A stretch of 64,000 nucleotides of DNA from the NCBI GenBank assembly GCA_019058365.1, contig JAHPZE010000001.1, forward strand, positions 96,001 through 160,000. The letters run 5' to 3'. The stretch comes from Promethearchaeota archaeon. GTDB taxonomy: Archaea > Asgardarchaeota > Lokiarchaeia > Sigyniarchaeales > SOKP01. Made by a program: the position numbers and the translations under genes. The first letter of the stretch is position 1; each line of letters begins with the position of its first letter. This document shows, piece by piece, positions 58,496 through 64,000 of the stretch. The notes beneath the pieces are model-generated. The model saw nothing but the letters and a program-made list of their open reading frames with translations. It was not told the DNA's origin and did no database searches.

Positions 58496-59911
58496 TTATT
58501 TTAAGCCCATTTCTTTTAATTTTTCGGTATTGGCTTTAATTTTTTCAGGAGTCAATTTATAATATCTCCAGAAAACAAGACAACCAAGAAATATGAATAT
58601 CATTGGAACTAAAGCTAAATGGACGTGAATACCCCAAATCGCTAAGGGTGTTTGAGTACCAGGAGCTGCACCTTCAACAAATCCAGTTAAAGAATGAACA
58701 ATTCCAAATGTTAAAGCCTGAGCAACTATACCTAAACGAGCAAAAAATTGTGAAAACCCAGCATATATGCCCTCTTCACGTTTACCAGTTATTACTACAG
58801 ATTCATCAATCACATCAGACATAACTGGAAATATCATGAACCAAAATCCTCCAAGACCTATTCCCCATAGAATCATTGTAATTATTATGCCAACATAGTT
58901 TTCAAGAAATAACAACGGAAATGCAAAGACACCTAGTAAAATGCCTGAAATCAGCATAATCTTCTTGTTATTATTAACCTTATGAGCTAATTTAGTCCAA
59001 ACTGGAGTTGATAGTACTGCTCCAATTAAAAATCCTGCAAAAATCAATGTTGACGCACTTGATGGCTTTTCTAATACATATTTGACAGTATAATAAAGCG
59101 AGTTTTGCATAGTATTAACCAGGGAGAAATACATTGTATAGAGAAACATCCATACTATGAATGATCGTTGTTTTATGGCAGTTTTAAAAGTTTTAAAGAA
59201 AGATTCTCTTTTCGGGGCTTGTTCAAAAGTAACGAGATAATCATTAACCAATTCTCGATCTTCTCTCAATCCAGGAATCGCTAAAAAGAGAAAAAACAAA
59301 GCGATTATAAATACTATAAAACCTTGAAAAGTAAACGACGGTAAATTTCCAAATGTAAATAGAACTGGAGGTATTATTGCTCCTAATGCTACCCCGACAA
59401 CTCCAATTGGGACATATACTCCGCTCGCTAACCTTCTTTCTTTGTCTGTTCGATATTTTTCAGGAAATAGAGCGATAAAATTAACAAAATATAATGAATG
59501 AAACGTATCGAATAAACAAGTCGAAAAGATAAGCCAAAAAAAGATAATCCATTGCCCCGATATTGGATCAAGACTTGGTGGAGTAAAAACAAGAAAATAA
59601 CTTATACCAAAGGGTATTCCTCCAAAAATCAACCAAGGAAATCGTCTTCCCCACTTCTTAGTAAATTTAAATGGACGATTTGTTAAATACCCAAGAATTG
59701 GATCATTGAACATATTATAGATTGCAAATATAATAATACCAGTAACAACCAACCATCCATTTAAGCCAACCTGATCTTCATAATAAAAAAAGACTGTAGT
59801 AGTAAATGCCATGCTTAAAAACTCTCTAGCTAAACTTCCAGAACCATAAGAAGCCATGTTTAATTTACTATGTTTTATTTCTGTTTCGATTTTTTCCATA
59901 TTTATTACCAA
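58496..59911 (-). CDS. MFS transporter, glycoside-pentoside-hexuronide (MelB-like) family
   Basis: About 12 TM; NDPILG, KWGRRFPW, DVIDE...GKREEGIY. Confidence 0.9.
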   Translation of the reverse strand: MVINMEKIETEIKHSKLNMASYGSGSLAREFLSMAFTTTVFFYYEDQVGLNGWLVVTGIIIFAIYNMFNDPILGYLTNRPFKFTKKWGRRFPWLIFGGIPFGISYFLVFTPPSLDPISGQWIIFFWLIFSTCLFDTFHSLYFVNFIALFPEKYRTDKERRLASGVYVPIGVVGVALGAIIPPVLFTFGNLPSFTFQGFIVFIIALFFLFLAIPGLREDRELVNDYLVTFEQAPKRESFFKTFKTAIKQRSFIVWMFLYTMYFSLVNTMQNSLYYTVKYVLEKPSSASTLIFAGFLIGAVLSTPVWTKLAHKVNNNKKIMLISGILLGVFAFPLLFLENYVGIIITMILWGIGLGGFWFMIFPVMSDVIDESVVITGKREEGIYAGFSQFFARLGIVAQALTFGIVHSLTGFVEGAAPGTQTPLAIWGIHVHLALVPMIFIFLGCLVFWRYYKLTPEKIKANTEKLKEMGLK

Positions 59912-60295
59912 TATTGTTTTAAATAGAAATTTAAGTTACATTTCTTAATTATTAATTAAAGATATTTTAATAGTTTTCATTTTTTAAATGCAACTTTTTT
60001 TTATATGAATTTTCGAATTTGATATAAATCTTATAGATCAAGTAATTTCAGTAATCTTGACACAATATTATTATCCAGAAAATAATGATTGGGTTGTCCC
60101 AAATTGATTAGCTGAGAATAGAAAATCCGATGTATAAAGCACTAGAAAAAGCAGATGATGAAATCAGAGAAAAAAAAACATATCAAATCTTTTTAGAACA
60201 ACTTTATGCTTAATAATATTCATTTAATTTGAATGATATTCTATCCTAATAAAAACGATATATTTTAAATGTTAAAAGTATAGGTTTGATGTAAT

Positions 60296-60880
60296 ATGGC
60301 AGATTTAAATATTGAGGTAACTTATTTTGAAAAAGGTGGACCACAGAATACTGATAAAGCATTAGAAATCGCTAAAAAATACGCTAATCAGTTTGGTGTT
60401 AATGATATTATTATAGCTAGTACTACTGGCACAACTGCCGAAAAGTCATTAAATATATTTAATCCAGATGATTATAATCTGGTTGTTGTAACACATTCAT
60501 ACTATTTTATGGGAGCAGATAAAAGACAGGAATTCCCAGAGGAAAAAATTACAGCACTAAAAAGTAAAGGATTAAAATTCTTTATTGGAACACATGGCTT
60601 TGCTGGTCCAGAAAGGAGTATTCGAACTTCATTAAAGCAATGGGGTCCCGTTGAAATTATGGCTAAATATTTACGTACAGCTTTTAGTCAAGGAGTAAAG
60701 GTTTGTATGGAAATGGCCACAATGGTTGTTGATGCAGGATTAATTGAAGATTTTGAAAAAGATATTATTTGTATAGGTGGTACTGGACGTGGAGCAGATA
60801 CAGTATGTCTCATTAAGCCAATGCCTACAAGTTTGTTCCACCAATTGCGAGTGAAAGCAATTTTAGCGAAACCATTATAA
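60296..60880 (+). CDS. Pyruvate kinase C-terminal alpha/beta domain-like archaeal protein
   Basis: YFEKGGPQNT, IIASTTGTTA, VVVTH, QGVKVC.E...M.VDAG, IGGTGRGADT. Confidence 0.85.
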   Translation: MADLNIEVTYFEKGGPQNTDKALEIAKKYANQFGVNDIIIASTTGTTAEKSLNIFNPDDYNLVVVTHSYYFMGADKRQEFPEEKITALKSKGLKFFIGTHGFAGPERSIRTSLKQWGPVEIMAKYLRTAFSQGVKVCMEMATMVVDAGLIEDFEKDIICIGGTGRGADTVCLIKPMPTSLFHQLRVKAILAKPL

Positions 60881-60911
60881 TTTAAAACAAGATAAAAAAA
60901 ATAAAGAAAAA

Positions 60912-62099
60912 TTAAATAATATCTAATTTTTTTCCTACTTTTTCAATAGCACTTAATGCCATGGTTAAATCTTCTTTAGTTAACAATGCGTTCATCTGAA
61001 CTCTAATTCTCGAAAGTTCTTTTGCAACCATAGGAAACACAATAGGAGTCCCATAAATATTTTCTTCCTCAAATAGTACTCGTGCCAATTCTTGGGCTTT
61101 TCCAGGATCACCAATTATCAATGGAATAATAGGGGTTTGTGAATTTCCTGTATTATATCCCATACTCTGAACTTCTTTTTTAAAATAATTAGTATGTTCC
61201 CAAACTCTTTTAACGTGTTCTGGTTCACTTTCAACAACTTCAATGGACGCTTTATTTGCAGCTACTACTCCTGGAGGATGTGCCGTGCTTAAAAGATACG
61301 TTCTACTTTTATTCGCACAAAATTCAATTAAATCTCTTGAACCCGCTACAGTTCCTCCAAAAACTCCAAATCCTTTACTCATAGAACCACCTTCAACATG
61401 AACTTTTCCTTGGAGGTTAAAATGAGCAACAATTCCTCGACCATTACCTAAAACTCCTTCTCCATGACAATCATCAACAAAAATCATAGCTCCAAAATCT
61501 TCAGCAACTTTTGTGATTTTATCCAGTGGTGCTATATCTCCATCCATACTAAAAACACCGTCAGTAATAATACAAATTCTTCTAGCATTTTCTTTTTCCG
61601 CTTCCTTCAATTGTCTTTCTAAATCTCCAACATCACGATGTTTATAGATAATTCGTTTAGCACCAGATAATCTAACACCATCAATAATAGATCCATGATT
61701 TAATTCATCTGAGACAACGATATCGAGTTTTCCAACTAACATAGGGATTAACCCTGAATTGACTGCAAATCCAGTTTGACAAAGAATTGAAGCTTCTACT
61801 TCTTTAAATTCAGCAAACTTTTCTTGAAATTGCTTTGTTAAATCAAAGGAGCCAGCAATAACTGGTACAGCACCAGCACCAGCACCATACTTTTTAGTGG
61901 CATCTATAGATGCTTGAATCACTTTTGGATGCGTAGCTAAACCAAGATAATTATTGGTATTGAGCATTAAAACTTCCTTTCCATCGACTATTGAATGTGG
62001 TTTGGAACCCCGTTCAAGGTATCTTATAATCCATTCAAGATTGTTATTTCTTAATTCGGTCATATCTTCCTTAAGAAAGGCAATAGGATCTCTTTTCAC
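60912..62099 (-). CDS. kbl: Glycine C-acetyltransferase (2-amino-3-ketobutyrate CoA ligase)
   Basis: NNYLGLA, SDELNHGSIIDG, TDGVFSMDGD, DDCHG, SMSKGFG; divergent from tdh. Confidence 0.9.
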   Translation of the reverse strand: MKRDPIAFLKEDMTELRNNNLEWIIRYLERGSKPHSIVDGKEVLMLNTNNYLGLATHPKVIQASIDATKKYGAGAGAVPVIAGSFDLTKQFQEKFAEFKEVEASILCQTGFAVNSGLIPMLVGKLDIVVSDELNHGSIIDGVRLSGAKRIIYKHRDVGDLERQLKEAEKENARRICIITDGVFSMDGDIAPLDKITKVAEDFGAMIFVDDCHGEGVLGNGRGIVAHFNLQGKVHVEGGSMSKGFGVFGGTVAGSRDLIEFCANKSRTYLLSTAHPPGVVAANKASIEVVESEPEHVKRVWEHTNYFKKEVQSMGYNTGNSQTPIIPLIIGDPGKAQELARVLFEEENIYGTPIVFPMVAKELSRIRVQMNALLTKEDLTMALSAIEKVGKKLDII

Positions 62100-62240
62100 A
62101 TAATCACCTTATAATTTTTGAAATAAGTGAGTAAAATAATATATAAGTGTATTATGAAAAGTATTTTAGTTTTTCTTATCTTATAAATGGGGGTTAAAGA
62201 TGGGATTGATATGAATAAACCTTTTTTTATGGAGTAAATT

Positions 62241-63227
62241 ATGAATTATACTAATAACTTAACATTACAAAATTTGATAATAATGAGAAGAATTCTTGTA
62301 ATAGGTGCAGCAGGTCAAATTGGAAGTGAATTAGTTCCCTTTCTGAGGAATAAATATGGAAATGATAATGTCATTGCTACTGGTAGAAAAACCCCACTTC
62401 TAGAGGGGATTAGAAAATCTGGTCCAGTAATTTATTTAGATGCTTTAGAAAGAAATACACTTTCAAAAGTTTTCTACGAATATGAAATAGATACAATATT
62501 TCATATGGCTTCAATACTTTCAGCCACAGGGGAGAAGATGCCTCAAACTGCGTGGGATATAAATATGAATGGATTAATAAATATTCTTGAAACAAGTAGA
62601 AAATATAATATCAAAACTATAATTTGGCCAAGTTCAATTGCTGCATTTGGACCAACTACTCCAAGAGATAACACACCAAATATTACAGTACTACAACCTA
62701 CAACTATGTATGGTATCACGAAAGTTGCAGGAGAACTCTTAGCAGAGTATTATCATAAAAAATATGGGTTAGACATTCGCTCAATGAGACTTCCTGGAAT
62801 AATTAGTAGTGAAACGCTTCCTGGTGGTGGTACTACAGATTATGCTGTTGAGATATTTTATGAAGCAATTAAGAATAAAAAATATACATGCTTTTTAAAA
62901 GAAGATACAGTATTACCTATGATGTACATGCCGGATTGCCTGAAATGTATGGTCAATCTTTTAGAAGCAGACAATTCAAGATTAAAGCGTAGAGTATATA
63001 ATATAACTGGCATGAGTTTCTCCGCTGGAGAAATTGCAACAGAAATTAAGAAGCATATACCTCAATTTGAAATAGATTATAAACCTGATTTTAGACAAGA
63101 AATTGCAGATTCATGGCCAAAATCGATTGATGATTCGCTTGCTCGTGAAGAATGGGGTTGGAATCCTAGTTATAATCTTAGTTCAATGACAAAAGATATG
63201 ATTGATAAACTAAGTAAAAGACTTTAA
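62241..63227 (+). CDS. tdh: L-threonine 3-dehydrogenase (extended SDR type)
   Basis: GAAGQIG, LSATGE, PSSIAAFG, YGITK, PGGGTTDYAV, LPMMYMPD, RQEIADSWP. Start may be ATG 62283. Confidence 0.92.
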   Translation: MNYTNNLTLQNLIIMRRILVIGAAGQIGSELVPFLRNKYGNDNVIATGRKTPLLEGIRKSGPVIYLDALERNTLSKVFYEYEIDTIFHMASILSATGEKMPQTAWDINMNGLINILETSRKYNIKTIIWPSSIAAFGPTTPRDNTPNITVLQPTTMYGITKVAGELLAEYYHKKYGLDIRSMRLPGIISSETLPGGGTTDYAVEIFYEAIKNKKYTCFLKEDTVLPMMYMPDCLKCMVNLLEADNSRLKRRVYNITGMSFSAGEIATEIKKHIPQFEIDYKPDFRQEIADSWPKSIDDSLAREEWGWNPSYNLSSMTKDMIDKLSKRL

Positions 63228-63254
63228 GAGATAATCTTTTAAATTCATCTAAAA

Positions 63255-63998
63255 TTATTTTTTTCTTAATTGTTGCTTTTTATTCATTATTTGTGAAAAT
63301 AAATCTTCTTGCGTCGATGGAGGTCTCATCTCACCTTCTTTTTTTATAAGCTGAATTGCTTCTTCTGGACAAGATGGAACACATACTCCACATCCAATAC
63401 ATCTTTTTTGTATAATTTTTGCTATATTGTTAGTTAGTTTTATTGAATTTATTTGGCATCGATCAACGCACATTCCACACCCCACACATAAATCAGAATT
63501 TATTTCAGCATAGTAATTACTTGAAATAACTCTTGATGGACGTGGGAGTTTCTGTAATTTCGTAAGAATCGCACAGCAACAACCACAACAGCAACATATA
63601 AATTCTGGATTTACTGTATTTCCTGATTGGAAAACTAGTCCATCACTCTCAGCTTGCTGCATAATGCTTAAAACCTCATCTCTACTTATTTGACGTGCCC
63701 ATCCTTGATCTAGAAATAATTGACCTGTTATGCCAAAATAAAAACAAGTCTCCCTTAAAGATGTTTTTTCACATGGTTGTTCATAAAATTCCTTGCTTTG
63801 ACGGCAAACACAATTAGCTACAGTTAAGGGTTCCTCAGAATTTTGAATTATTTGTTTTACTTCATCAAAATTTGCTATATAATTTTCTGGTGTGATGCTT
63901 TGTTGTATCGGGATGGTTCGAAATTGAGAGATTTTTGTACCTAATAACTCTGCACCAAATGTACTCACTAAATATTCATCAAAATCTTCAAAAAATTC
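63255..63998 (-). CDS. 4Fe-4S dicluster-binding protein, 5'-truncated by window edge
   Basis: CVCR, ICCCCGCCC, two CxxCxxCxxxC ferredoxin motifs; frame open to the window end. Confidence 0.88.
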   Translation of the reverse strand, partial: EFFEDFDEYLVSTFGAELLGTKISQFRTIPIQQSITPENYIANFDEVKQIIQNSEEPLTVANCVCRQSKEFYEQPCEKTSLRETCFYFGITGQLFLDQGWARQISRDEVLSIMQQAESDGLVFQSGNTVNPEFICCCCGCCCAILTKLQKLPRPSRVISSNYYAEINSDLCVGCGMCVDRCQINSIKLTNNIAKIIQKRCIGCGVCVPSCPEEAIQLIKKEGEMRPPSTQEDLFSQIMNKKQQLRKK

Positions 63999-64000
63999 TT

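Noticed and set aside
2444-62595. Other short overlapping ORFs in the track (e.g. 2444, 3741, 5543, 8065, 11208, 14678, 15083, 19533, 22726, 24439, 26142, 31633, 41468, 42210, 43094, 46348, 46753, 48001, 49172, 50460, 52002, 55273, 56624, 57894, 58603, 62410)
   Set aside because: All lie antisense to or out of frame within well-supported genes and show no motifs.

Overview
AT-rich, gene-dense archaeal window that reads as Asgard archaeon, most likely Lokiarchaeia. The evidence is archaeal TBP, ribosomal L13e, MtrH, UPF0147, an archaeosortase, and many small GTPase, longin-like and roadblock-like eukaryotic signature proteins. Metabolic genes include hypC, cooC, fused ADP-forming acyl-CoA synthetase plus a DRTGG/Pta-N protein, an acetone carboxylase acxABC operon, ppsA, an FATP-type acyl-CoA synthetase, a beta-keto acid cleavage enzyme, and divergent tdh/kbl. 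I saw no rRNA, tRNA, CRISPR array or transposase. The most notable signal is a dispersed cluster at about 28.7-53 kb: three Rag/Arf-like GTPases with C-terminal roadblock-like domains, two Rab-like GTPases plus a Rab relic, a Zn-ribbon-roadblock protein and a longin-wHTH protein. Three of the GTPases share an N-terminal uDENN/longin-type domain. In two of them it carries a D-x-x-[AR]-R-G motif resembling the arginine-finger loop of the eukaryotic GAPs folliculin and SMCR8, while the third has lost it. This suggests a proto FLCN/FNIP-Rag-Ragulator-like switch with GAP and GTPase fused. Also notable are a 1612-aa CUB/Ig-repeat single-pass receptor-like protein with a cytoplasmic longin-wHTH tail, a probably inactive ATP-cone NrdD paralogue, and an L13e-HhH fusion. 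All domain calls come from motif recognition by eye, not database searches.
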